Shown piece by piece: positions 51,001 to 61,620 of a stretch of DNA of 64,000 nucleotides. The translations under genes and the position numbers were made by a program. The first letter of the stretch is position 1. Each line of letters opens with the position of its first letter. The notes beneath the pieces are model-generated. The model did not search any database. It saw nothing but the letters and a program-made list of their open reading frames with translations, and was not told the DNA's origin. Location of the stretch: the NCBI GenBank assembly GCA_976226885.1, contig OZ320316.1:88660001-88724000 (forward strand), given 5' to 3'. The stretch comes from Iphione sp. A-MEVVRFRX5 (Eukaryota).

Positions 51001-51980
51001 GCCGACGAGCCTGCCCCGGGCCCTTGCTGCCGATGGGTTGCAGCTCCTGAGGTGACCACTGAGGGTCCCTCCGCTCGGTTGTCGCCACCTTCTTCTGGCG
51101 TTGTGGAGCGCCCTCTCTTTTTACTACTTCGCTTTGAGGCCCCTCTGTGCGTCGGGGGTCGACCCGCCGCTCTACGTACTTCTTTCTCCCGGCTCTTCTT
51201 CTCTCGGGCCCGAGCTCGCTGAAGCATCTCTACCTTGTCGGCCAGGCAGAGGCGCGGTTCCCCATAGGTGGGGTTGAGGCCCCAGAACCGTAGGTACTGG
51301 AGGTTCACTGTCAGGGCCCAATCGTTGGGTTCGTGGACCCCATTCAGGTGCCACTTCCAGTCGGTGCGCTGGTGGAAGGCTTGTTGCTCACACTCAGGGT
51401 CAGGGCACAACCATCCCAACCCCTCGGGCGCGTGCACATCCTTCAGGTGGCGGCGCAGGTTGGACGGCTGTGCGAACGTGGATGCACAGCGGGAGCAGCG
51501 GTGGCGGCGCTCCTCAGGGGCACCCGGTTCTTCCTCACCAGAGGACTCCGAGTCGTCGCTCTCAGCGTCGGGTGGGGGGGCGTCCTCTGGTGCGTTGGCC
51601 ATGTCGTCGATGCGGCGATGCGGCACCGGTGGGGCGCAGTTCACAGGTGGCGCACAGCCGCTCGGTACCGGGACGGCGAGGGCCGCAGCGGCACTGCGGG
51701 TCTGGACCGGCTTCGGCGGGGTAGGGTCAGCCTCTGCGGCACTGCGAGTCTCCTCACGTGGATCGCTGACTGCGGCGTTGCGGTGGTCCTCCTGCTGTTG
51801 GTCGCCACCGGGTGGTGCCGCTGCGGTACCTTGGGGCCCTGGCCGCGGCGGGTTGTCCGCTAGACCGCCGCAGGGCGGCAGAGAGGGAGTCGACCTCACT
51901 GGGGCGTGCGAGTCTGCGGCCACTACGTCTGAGGGGGATGGTGCGGCTACAGTCCACCCCCGCGCGGCACGCCAGTCGAG
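48043..51980 (-). pseudogene. Accessory ORF3 of the Gypsy element: 2x C2H2 zinc finger, NLS-like patch, low-complexity linker, C-terminal globular domain (interrupted)
   Basis: Track ORFs 50751-52082, 49750-50802 and 48043-49701. The last two share a frame and are split only by TGA at 49750-49752; one frameshift lies between the first two. ZF1 CSRCASTFAQPSNLRRHLKDVH and ZF2 CPDPECEQQAFHQRTDWKWHLNGVH at 51333-51497; internal ATG at 51602. Confidence 0.75.
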
Positions 51981-54900
51981 CTGCGGAAGAAAGGTACCCA
52001 TGAGAGTAACGGTTCCAGGTAGTTCCCTCCGCAGCGGCGACAGGTTTACCACACATTTCATCGAAAAACAAGGGTGCATCACGATCTTCGCCGCTCACCC
52101 AGCGCGGCTTTCTCCCGTTACCCCGATTATCACCCATGTGTGCCGCTATCAACGGTAGGTTCCTCACCTCGTGCTGCCGCGGCGAATCCCTCGTGGAAGT
52201 AGGTCGTCGAGCGGCAGCGGCTTCTCCTCTGTCGCCGCAGCCTCGGGTCGATATTTCCCGGTCGGGGGAATTAGGTGCGTTCCGTCGGCGTTCGACACGT
52301 GCTGCGTTGATCACGACGCTGTGGATCGTGTGGTGTCGCTCGGGTGCAACTTCCTGCGGCTCCCCTGGCGCCGTCTGGAGACGAACGGTCGAAGCGTGCA
52401 GTTCTGCAGGTGACGGGGCGGGGACCAGCGCTCTGCCATTTATAAGCTGAGGTGCGGCTGCGGCGCCCCCTAACGGTGTGGCATAACCGTGCGGCCCCGC
52501 GGCTTCCTCATGGGCCCACTGTGTCTTGTCTTGTGCTGCTGCGGCCTCCTGGACGCCGCACGTAACCTGGGGGTCGAGATGGGCGATCTTCAGGCGATCG
52601 GCATGAACTACTCTATGCCGATGTCCACGGCTGACTCGGTACACTACCTCGGACAACGCCTTCTCCACGGTCCAAGGTCCCTCCCACCAACTCTGTAACT
52701 TCTGGGAGATTCCCTTCTTACGGGCCGGGGTGAATAGCCAGACCCGGTCGCCCTCGGCGTACCGTTGGTGCCGCACCCCTCGGTTGTACCAGTCCTTCTG
52801 CTGCGCTGCCACGCGACTCAGCTTCTCCGCTACCTTCTCATGCGCCCGGCGGACCTCTTCTGCTATCCGGCTCGCATATTCCCCACGATCCACCAGGGGC
52901 CGGGCCACCATTGCGCAGCTCCACTGGCAACGTCACCTCTCGGTGCAACAACGTCTGGTTCGGTGATTCCCCCGTGGTGTTGTGGGGGGTGGCCCGGTAG
53001 GCGGCCATCACGAACGGCAGGGCTTGGTCCCAGTCCTTCCGGCGCTCCTCGGCTAGCGTGCCCAGCATGTTCCCCAATGTGCGATTAAATCCCTCGACTA
53101 CCCCATCACTCTGGGGGTGGTAGGGGGTGGTTCAGGACTTCTCTATCCCAAGGAGTCGTAGTACTTCAACGAACAGCGCTGCCTCGAAGTTACGGCCCTG
53201 GTCCGAATGGAGTACCCGTGGGGGGCCGAAACGGCAGACCACCTCCCTAATGATGATGTCTGCTGTGGCCGCCGCGGTGGCCTCTTCAAGAGGGAACGCT
53301 TCCGTCCATTTTGAGAAGTGGTCGGCCACTACCAGTATGTACCTGTTTCCCCTCTCCGTCACAGGAAGCGGCCCCAAGATGTCTGCCGCCAGCACTTCCC
53401 ACGGCTCCGACACGGGGCGTCCCTGAAGGTGGGCCCGGTGGCGCCTCCCCGGCCCCTTCCTTTGTTGGCATGCCTGACAACACTGGGACCAGTGTGCAAT
53501 GTCGCGCGACATCCCGTGCCAAAACCAGCGCCGGCGCAGCGCCGCTCCGGTTTTCTCTGGACTGAGGTGGCCACCCACCGGGCCCGCATGGGTCTCCTGC
53601 CAGAGGCTCTTCCGTATGGTCCGGGGGACATAGGTCTGAGGGAGCCTCTGCCTGTCCTCCTGTTCCCAAAGGCGCACCAGTGCTCCCGATCGGAGCTCGA
53701 GTCTCGGGCCTTCCGCTCTGAGTTGTCTCTCTTCCCAGGTCAATCCAGCCCGCAGTCCAGGGAGGGGCCCCCTTCCTCCAGCGCTTGGATGAGCTCGCCT
53801 GTTGCCGGTTCCGCCCTCTGCATCTGGCACACATCCGGACCACCCTCCACTCCAGCGATGCCTACCGCCGCCGCACTCTCGGACCCCAGGTCTCGCCGGC
53901 CGCACTGCTTGCATTCTTGCCGTGATAGTCCATCTGCGTTACCATGGCGTTTTCCTGGCCGATGCGTGATCCGGAGGTCATGACAGAAGACCTCCTCCAA
54001 CCACCTGGCCAGTTGTCCTTGTGGTTCGTGGAAGTTGCACAACCAGCGCAAGGAATCGTGGTCGGTGCGGATGTCTATGGCCCGGCCCCCCACATAGCAT
54101 CTAAACTTCCGGAGGGCGAACACCACCGCCAAGAGTTCCTTCCTCGTAACGCAGTAGTTTCGCTCGGGGCGGGTCAGTGTGCGGCTGGCATAGGCTAACA
54201 CCCGCTCACGCCCTTCCTGTACTTGAGACAACACCGCACCGATGCCGGTGTCGGAAGCATCGGTGTCCAGGAGCAATTGCCCCAAGGGTGTCGGGTAACC
54301 CAGGATGGGGGTAGTGGACAGCCGGGCTTTCAGCTGTTCGAAGGCTTCTTGACAGGCCGGGGACCACTCGAACTCCCGCTCCGCTCCAGCCAAGGCATGC
54401 AGGAGTGCCGCTAGGGTAGCAAACCCTTCCACAAAGCTGCGGTAGTATGAACCGAGTCCTAGAAAGCTTCGAAGTTCCGCTGCACACCGGGGGCGGGGCC
54501 ATCCTGATACGGCCCTGATCTTCTCTGGGTCGACCCCTACCCCTTCCGCCGAGACCCGATGGCCCAGGTATGCCACCTCTCGCTGGAATAGTTGACACTT
54601 GGACGCTTTGACGCGGAGTCCGGCCTCAATCAGCCTCTGGAACACCGTGCCGAGTCGGGTGCACATCTCCTCCACTGAGCGGCCCAGGACGATCACATCG
54701 TCGAGGTACACTAAACACTCGGTGCCCACGAAGCCCCGCAGTACGGACTCCATAAGCCGCTCAAAGGTGGAGGGCGCGTTGCAGAGGCCGAACGGCATCA
54801 CCCGGAACTGGTAAAGGCCGTTCGGGGTGCACACCGCCGTCTTTTCTGCGTCCGCCGGCTCCATCTCGACCTGCCAGTAACCGCTGGCCAGGTCGATCGC

Positions 54901-56241
54901 CGAAAAATACTGGCTACCCTGCAGAGCATCGAGGGTGTTGTCTATCCGGGGGAGGGGGAAAGCGTCCTTCTTGGTGATGGCGTTGAGTTTGCGATAGTCG
55001 ATGCAGAACCGTAGCCCCCCGTCTTTCTTTTGTACGAGCACCAACGGAGATGCCCATGGGCTTGTGGAGGGCTCCAGCACCCCCTTCTGCACCATCTTGT
55101 CTACCTCCGCGCGAACTGCCTCTCTCTTGTGAGGGGGGAGGCGCCTTGCTCGTTGTCGAATGGGTGGGTGACCCTGGGTGTCGATGCGATGTTGGACCTC
55201 CGGGGTACGGCCGAGAGGTCCACTGGCTGTCTGGAAGACCTCGCGATGGTGCTGTAGCATGGCCGCTATCTGCTGCCGCTCCGGGTCGGTGGTCTCCACC
55301 GGTAATTGTCCTAGCAAGTACTCTACAGCTTGCTCTTGCTCTGTCTCCACCTGTTCCTGGGGAGCTCCGGGTGGTCCAAGCACCGCGGCGACCTGACGGA
55401 GCTCGGCTAACCGGGTTCCCTCGAAGACTCGTGTCGCCTGGGAGCCGGGGTTCCACACTGGAACCCACACCCTCCCCTCCTGAGGTCGTACCAGCGCGCG
55501 AGCCACTCGTAACCCTGAGCGTGACTCGAACCTGGCGTCAGGCTCTGCCAACCCTTCCAAAGAGTCGACCCCTCCTTGACACGCCTTCGCCTGAACCCAG
55601 CCTATTCCTCCCGCAGGAATCTCTTGACTGCCGCTGGCTCGCAGGGTGGCTACCCATTCACGGTTGCCGGGCCAAACAGTGACCGTGGCCTTCCTCGTAT
55701 CCACTGTTGCCGCCCACCGATCCAGCCAGTCCAAGCCAAGTAGACCCGGTATCTCCATCTCTACCACAATGGCCACCACCTGTAGGGTGACCCCCGCAAA
55801 CCGAACTTCGCAATCCACCAGCCCCAATACTTGTAGGGCGCTGCCATCTACTCCAAAGACTCGCGCCCCCGCCGGGTCCAACGACACTCCCTGTAGTTCT
55901 CGGTAGGTCCGCGCTGAGAGGAGGGGAGCGGAGGCTCCTGTGTCCACCAGCCAATCCACCACCTGTCCGCCGACCTCTCCCTCTAGCAATACTCCCCGGC
56001 ACCGCGTCCTCCTCCTTCCCTGCAGTACCCTCCCTGGCTCCCCCTCGACGGCAGCGACCATCGCCTCCAAGGGGGGTCCCAGGCCGGGTGGTACGGAATC
56101 GGACGCCGCCCGCCCTACTGAGCCGGGGCGGGCGGCTTCTCGTTTTCCGGCTGCGTCGGAGCAACGTCGGCGGTGCTCTCGGCTGCCTTCCGCACCGGGC
56201 AGTCCCGCTTGAAGTGCCCGGGCTCCTTGCAGTAAAAGCAT
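51754..56241 (-). pseudogene. pol: Gypsy pol (protease, RT, RNase H, integrase) with 2 frameshifts and 1 nonsense codon
   Basis: PR DTGAS (about 55930-55944); RT YLDD (54697-54708); RH DASD/TDH/NADGLSR; IN HHCC, DILGP, SDQG, VEGFNRTL and C-terminal WEGPW. Frameshift about 53740-53775, in-frame TGA 53132-53134 in KS*TTPYHPQSDG, frameshift about 52915. Confidence 0.95.
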
Positions 56242-57534
56242 CCTTCGTTGTTCGCGCGCTTCCCGCCTCGCCTAACGGGGGAAGCAGTTGTTGCGGGCTG
56301 TTCCAGTAGTTTGGACAGGAGCTGCTCAATGCGCTCCAATCCGGTCGTTGTCTTGGTGTCGTGGCTGGTCGCAGCCACCTCTTGAGATTCGGCCTGTGCC
56401 GCATGGACACGCGTCGCCCCAGCCCCCAGGCTGCGCTCCTTCTCGGCGCGGTGGTACGACTCGGCCAAGAGCGCCTCCGAGATGGCTGCCTGAAAGGACC
56501 GGGCCTTAGCTTGCACGACCCATCTCCGGCAACGTTCTTCGCGGAGGGCCGAGACGAAGGCATCCTTGCACATTCGATCCAACCAGGAGCCCTCTGCCTC
56601 TGGGTAGGCCTGCCGCACCAATCTTTCAACCTCCTCGGCCAGTTTCTGGACGTCCTCGTCCTTCTTCTGGCGATGCTGTTTCAACTCCTGTTCATAATAC
56701 TGGGCTCGATCCTCCGACTGGAACCTCTGTCGCAGGGTCTCGACAATAGTCGAGAACGCTCCCTCAGCGGACACATCCACGTTGGCCGAGCGGAGGGCGG
56801 ATTGTGCCGAGCCCCTGAGACACACGCTGAGTTGCAGCGCCTGTTCCGCTTCGTCCCATCGGTTGGCCCGGGCCACCAGTGAGAAGTGATGCAAATATTC
56901 CGCGAGGGGAACTCCTCCACTGAAGGATTCCGGTTTGACATGGAACCGGCGTGTAGGGGGTACCGGGGGGGCAGGCCGGAGAGCGGACTGGATCTCATCC
57001 ATCAGTCCCCGCATCAGCTGGACGGCATTTCCCTGCCCGTCCCCGGCAGGGCTCGAGTTGTGCGGGGAAGGGCCAGCTGGTGGGGCTGCTGGCGGCGGGG
57101 AGACTGGGGTAGCGGGGTCGTTGGGGTTTGCCGTTCCATCCGCCTGTCCTCCTACCCCGGTGGGAGCCCCGGGCGTGGTGTCGTCACTGCCCCCCCCCGC
57201 GGGGTGAGCCGGCCCCGCTGGGGATAGAAGAATCCTCACTGCTGCTGCAGCTCGATGAGTGGTCTTCGTCCAACCGTGCTGTGCCGCTGCGGCGCAACGG
57301 GGTGCTGCGGCACGGTGGGGTGCTGCGGCGCAGTGGGGTGCTGCGGCACGGTGGGGTGCCGCGGCCCCGCGGCGCGTGATGCGCCCCGAGCTGCACCTCC
57401 TCGTCCTCAGTGCTGGAGTCTTCCCTCGTGGGGGACCACTCGTGGGGAATGGTACGTCCCACGTGTCCCCCCCGGGGGGCAGGCCGTGTCCCCCTTCCTC
57501 GCGGTCGCGGTACGCCCGTGGGTGATTCCTCCAT
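56115..57534 (-). pseudogene. gag: Gypsy gag with one frameshift in a G9 run
   Basis: KPESFSG..LAEYLHHF...N.W capsid-like region and CCHC knuckle CFYCKEPGHFKRDC. The likely N-terminus MEESPT (ATG 57534-57532) joins the main frame if the C9 run at 57190-57198 were C8. Confidence 0.85.
57286..57365. repeat. 18-bp tandem repeat x4.4 in the gag 5' region
   Basis: Units gctgcggc(g/a)c(a/g)(a/g)(c/t)ggggt at 57286, 57304, 57322 and 57340; encodes TP(P/L)(C/R)RS repeats. Confidence 0.9.
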
Positions 57535-57550
57535 CCCACCGCTGCCACCA
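57533..57550 (-). other. Primer binding site complementary to tRNA-Leu (AAG/TAG type) 3' end
   Basis: Plus strand ATCCCACCGCTGCCACCA (18 nt) matches the conserved metazoan tRNA-Leu(AAG/TAG) 3' terminus including CCA; 1 nt from the 5' LTR. Confidence 0.85.
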
Positions 57551-57551
57551 A

Positions 57552-57849
57552 TGTAACGTCTGCTCCGCAAGTAAGACATAACTCCAGTTAAGGTAATGAG
57601 GTTTATTCAGTAAGAGCAATATGAGCATCAACAGTGAGCACCAAAGGTAATCTGAACTGCCCGAGGGGCCAACTCCCTTATATACCCATCCCCAGTCTCT
57701 TCAGCATCCGGGTACCGGACCCCTCCTACTCCGCAGCACCCCTACGAGTGCCGCACGGGGGCGTGCCGCTGCACCCTACCAGTCCAATCCACCTGTGCCG
57801 CAGCACCCCTTGTATGCCGCGGTGCCACAGCCACGCAGTGGCTCCAACA
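57552..57849 (-). repeat. 5' LTR
   Basis: Direct repeat of 47564-47861; TATATAA (57684-57678) and AATAAA (57607-57602) on the minus strand. Confidence 0.97.
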
Positions 57850-58579
57850 ATATTTACATGAAAACCCGTCCTAAACCAGGACTTCTGTTTCTCAGGACTA
57901 CAGACATCATTATATGTGTGGAAATATACATGGTATCTGTGTGCCTTGTTCAGTTTGAGTTCTAATTTAGAAAGGAAAGAGACACTGAACGAAGTGGCAT
58001 CTTCTTATTTGTAAAAGAAAGAGATGCAGAGGGAAATAGTAATTATAAAAGAAACTAAAGTCCTTTTTACTATACTTCAATAGATTCTTTTATTTTTATT
58101 TTAAAGATGACTTACCCAGAGTATAAAATAATGTGTGCTTCACATGTACTATTAAAGGTAACCAGAGAAATACTTTACATAATATCGGAGAATATAGTGA
58201 TGCTCTGGAGGGGAACCTTTCAGTTTACAGGGTTTTACTATCAATCACAAATCAATATATGGTGAGATTTGAAATGACTGATGAAGAATTTATGTTTCAC
58301 TTGGTCCAAGATTATTTAGACATGGAGATTAAAGTGAAGTGAAGATTCTGAAGCCTGAGCAGTATCTATGTTTCCAGTGACAGACTACAAAATTAGAATA
58401 AGTTGGTAGGTATTTAGAGCTACAATGTTAAATGAGATGCAATATGAATACAGAGGTTACTCTGAAACTGAATACTCAAAAGCCAAATTTTCCAAAATCC
58501 GAACACAAATAACTGGTAGGAATTGTTTTTCTCTGTTAAAATACTCATATAACCGAATCTTCAATCCAAAATACGAATA

Positions 58580-58772
58580 AATTTTGGCTGACTGACTGGT
58601 TTTTAATGATTTTTGGATGAATTTGGCTGTTTTTGCCGAATTTGGCTGGTTTCTGCCTAAATTTTGCTGATTTTGGACAAATTTGACTGAGTTTTGCCAA
58701 TTTTTGGATGAATTTGGCCAAGTTTCGCCACTTTCCAGATGAATTGGCCTAAATTTTGCCGATCTTTAGCTA
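58580..58772. repeat. Degenerate short-period (about 10-11/21 bp) repeat array
   Basis: Recurring AATTTGGC / TTTTGCC / TTTTGGATG units. Confidence 0.6.
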
Positions 58773-59639
58773 AAGAACATGACAAGTATGTTGAAAAGTG
58801 GCCATAGGCGACAATTAAAAATCCGAATTTACAGAAATCCAAACGAAAAATAACCAGAAACGGTGATCGTTTGGTTTCAAGTACTGACTGTAGATACATA
58901 CAACTGATATAAGATGTAGCAGTAATTATTTCGTTTATGATGTTACACATATATAAGAAAAGTACAGGGTTGTTATTGAACTGTGTTTGCATATTGTAAG
59001 ACGTTCATCTCCTCTAGTTAGGTTTCCTATGATAGCATCTGGGTTGTACCAGTGGGTGGGCCTTTGTCGGAAATGTATTTATTAAATGCCAGCACCAGCC
59101 ACTGTACCTATAAAAATGATTTAAACATACACTTGTTAATTGCTACATTTCTTCTTTTTACCACCTTGTACAATTTGTATTTGATATGCAGTTCATTAAT
59201 ACTAGCTGGCTCTAGTCCGTGGTTTGATATATATGTAGATGATTCTGTTCTGTACTTTGCAATCTTTGAATTATGAATTTTGGCGCAGTAGAAATGAATG
59301 AATTGCAAAAATCTATATGGGGAAGTACGGATGACATATAGACTCAGACAGGCACAGATTCTGTGAGTTGAAGATTTATATTGGATAGTCGATACATTTC
59401 TGACATGACTTTTTTCATTCCCACGTCTCAGTGTTTCTTCATGGAAAGGGAGTTATCAACGAATTAGCCTAAATATTTGGAACAAACTCGAGTGATTCTC
59501 CTTTGATTTTGAAGTCCAGGTGATTAACAGTGGGTTGACGATAACCTTTTGAATGGAAGTACTTGGAAGTTTTGGCATTTTAGTATTAAGTATTAGTTGA
59601 TGTGGTCTGCCCTATTTGTCCAATTAAATACATTTTTGG

Positions 59640-60260
59640 TGATTCTGTTTTATCAAGCATTTATAACTGTCACTGCAAATCTGCAAAGAGTGCACAGTGA
59701 CCAGTAAAATTTCTCGATATGTCATAAGAGAACAAAGGTTGACCAAAAGTTAATCCCTGTGGTACTGCAAACGTCACTATTTGATTGCTAGAGATGATTT
59801 TATTGACAAAGCAAAATTGTACTCTACCAGTAAGGAATGACCTGAACCATCCTATTGTGTTAGTGATGAAGATGAAGGCGTTTTAGTTTGTGCAACGGCA
59901 TTTTGTAATTAATATCAAAATCTTAGCAGAAGTCAACAAACGTGGCTATATAAAGTTGCATATCTTTTTTGAGGTATGAAGACAGATTTACTGCAGCCTC
60001 AACCAAGAGTGGTCCACAATTCGTAAAAAGGCCGTGGGTGTATAGGATTCTGTCCTCTATGTACTAAAAGATGTGGTATGACCTATTTGATCTCTGGTGG
60101 AATATTGGCCCAATTTCCCCAGTGTGTAATTATTAATACGATTGACCCATCGTTTAGAGGGCTGGACGTTATCCAACTCTCATTTGTTTCTGATGGTTGT
60201 AGCCAACCCTGGCACATTTCTTAGGTGTAGATCACTCTGAACAGCAACAAGTGCTTCAAG
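59640..60260 (-). mobile_element. Decayed LINE RT fragment
   Basis: Minus strand: IATFVDFC*DFD...HKLKRL (DF.KAFD..L.KL-like, about 59880-59960) followed by VPQG-LTFGQPLF (about 59730-59765). Confidence 0.5.
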
Positions 60261-60949
60261 CATTCCCATGCAAATTTCAGTGAATGCCTCCAGGCAGACA
60301 ACATTATAAGACATCTTCACCGTATGATTTTGTTGGGAAATAATCCTTGGAATTGAATGAAACTTAAAAAGTCATAAAGATACATCTAAAATAGAAATAT
60401 ATGACAAAACTGCAAGGAAAAGAGTGCTGATGATGTGTAATCACATGTGCATACAGTCAACCCACGCCTTACGAACAGGGGATGATTTTGGCGAATGTTG
60501 TCCAGCTAGGAAGATCGGGTATGGGAGCCTTTTATTACCCAAAGGATATAGTTAGGTTCCTTGTCTATGTGTTTGGATATGAACAATATTCAGTCATGGG
60601 GTGTTTGGGAAGTGTGGGTTGACTGTAGTGTTAATTTGATTATGTTTATGCATGCAACTAATGACATACACAACAAACAATCTATCTGATACCAAATCCC
60701 AAATGATATTCTCATATAAATATAAACACATAATAATTGTAAAAATCAGAATCAACATTTATACATAATCAATTCAGAACAGACAACTGCATTATCATGC
60801 AAGAAAGAGCATTTAGTGACTTAAATCATCAAAGCATATATGTTTCGACATACCAATAACCTGCCGCCAACTGTGAGATAACATAGTGTAGCGGAGTGTG
60901 GCACAAGGATGCCCACAGTGTAGAGTGTGTCTGGTGGAGTGCAGCTGGT

Positions 60950-61620
60950 GACACTGTGATGCCCAATAGGGCTATATAAGGGCCTATACTCCCTGGGGAC
61001 TGAGACAAAAGTAGGTAGGTTGAGGAACTGCATGTTTGTTGCCTTGTCTCAGTAACAGATATCCCTTATCATACCCCGGAGTTCTGTCATTACTCAGAAG
61101 TGGCCACTACAATGGTAAGCCATCTTGTGTTTCCATGACATTCTGAGATAATCTGCCAGTATAGGGTTAAAAATGTTATTGCCAATCCCTGTCAGTATTG
61201 CACGTGCATTTAACCACAAAAATAGGCAATATGTCCGATTGATCTACGGAATGTTTAGTTTTTTTGTGTCGATCAATCAACATTTCCTCTAGGCGCACTT
61301 CTCATTTGATGAGGTTCTTGGGTACTTCGGTAGTCAATTTTGCTTGAGCTTTGCTTAGCCTGATATGAATTACTCGTGGCAGCTTCTGAGTCTCTTTGGT
61401 GAAGTCGGACATGATTTTATCCTGGCCATGCTGCTGACATCCAAACTTTACGTTTATGTCTTTTCCCAAATAAAAGCACTGCAGCTGGAGTCAGGAACAT
61501 AAATAGCTTTTCCCATTATATCCACATCTCTACAAATGTGAATCATGCCGTTGCTTCAAAGAAGCGGTCATTTGTCAGATACCTGACTCTTACTTCTTCG
61601 GAATAATTATCTATTAGAGA
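60950..61620 (-). mobile_element. Possible decayed Penelope-like element fragment
   Basis: Colinear weak motifs YVPDSSCS, SCPTSPKRLRSC, LPKYPRT and KKLNIP resemble the Penelope post-RT region (YL..SSCHP, SLP.SQ.LRLR.IC, RGYP, K..RIP). Confidence 0.25.

Larger units (their letters stand above)
47564..57849 (-). mobile_element. Ty3/Gypsy LTR retrotransposon, 10286 bp, full-length but mutationally disabled, with an extra ORF3
   Basis: 298-bp LTRs TGT...ACA (294/298 identical); ATAT at 47560-47563 and 57850-57853 (TSD); PBS, PPT; PR-RT-RH-IN domain order; markedly more GC-rich than the flanks. Confidence 0.97.

Noticed and set aside
48043-51980. ORF3 as an envelope gene
   Set aside because: No signal peptide, furin cleavage site, fusion peptide or transmembrane segment; it has nuclear-type features instead.
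48049-57379. Many long plus-strand and alternate-frame ORFs across the Gypsy element (e.g. 48164-48799, 49124-50032, 51268-52158)
   Set aside because: Expected from very high GC content and few stop codons; they are antisense or shifted shadows of gag/pol/ORF3 with no motifs.
58133-58342. Gag-like or host coding fragment (EMTDEEFMFHL)
   Set aside because: Short, isolated and followed by many stops; no splice signals or further motifs.
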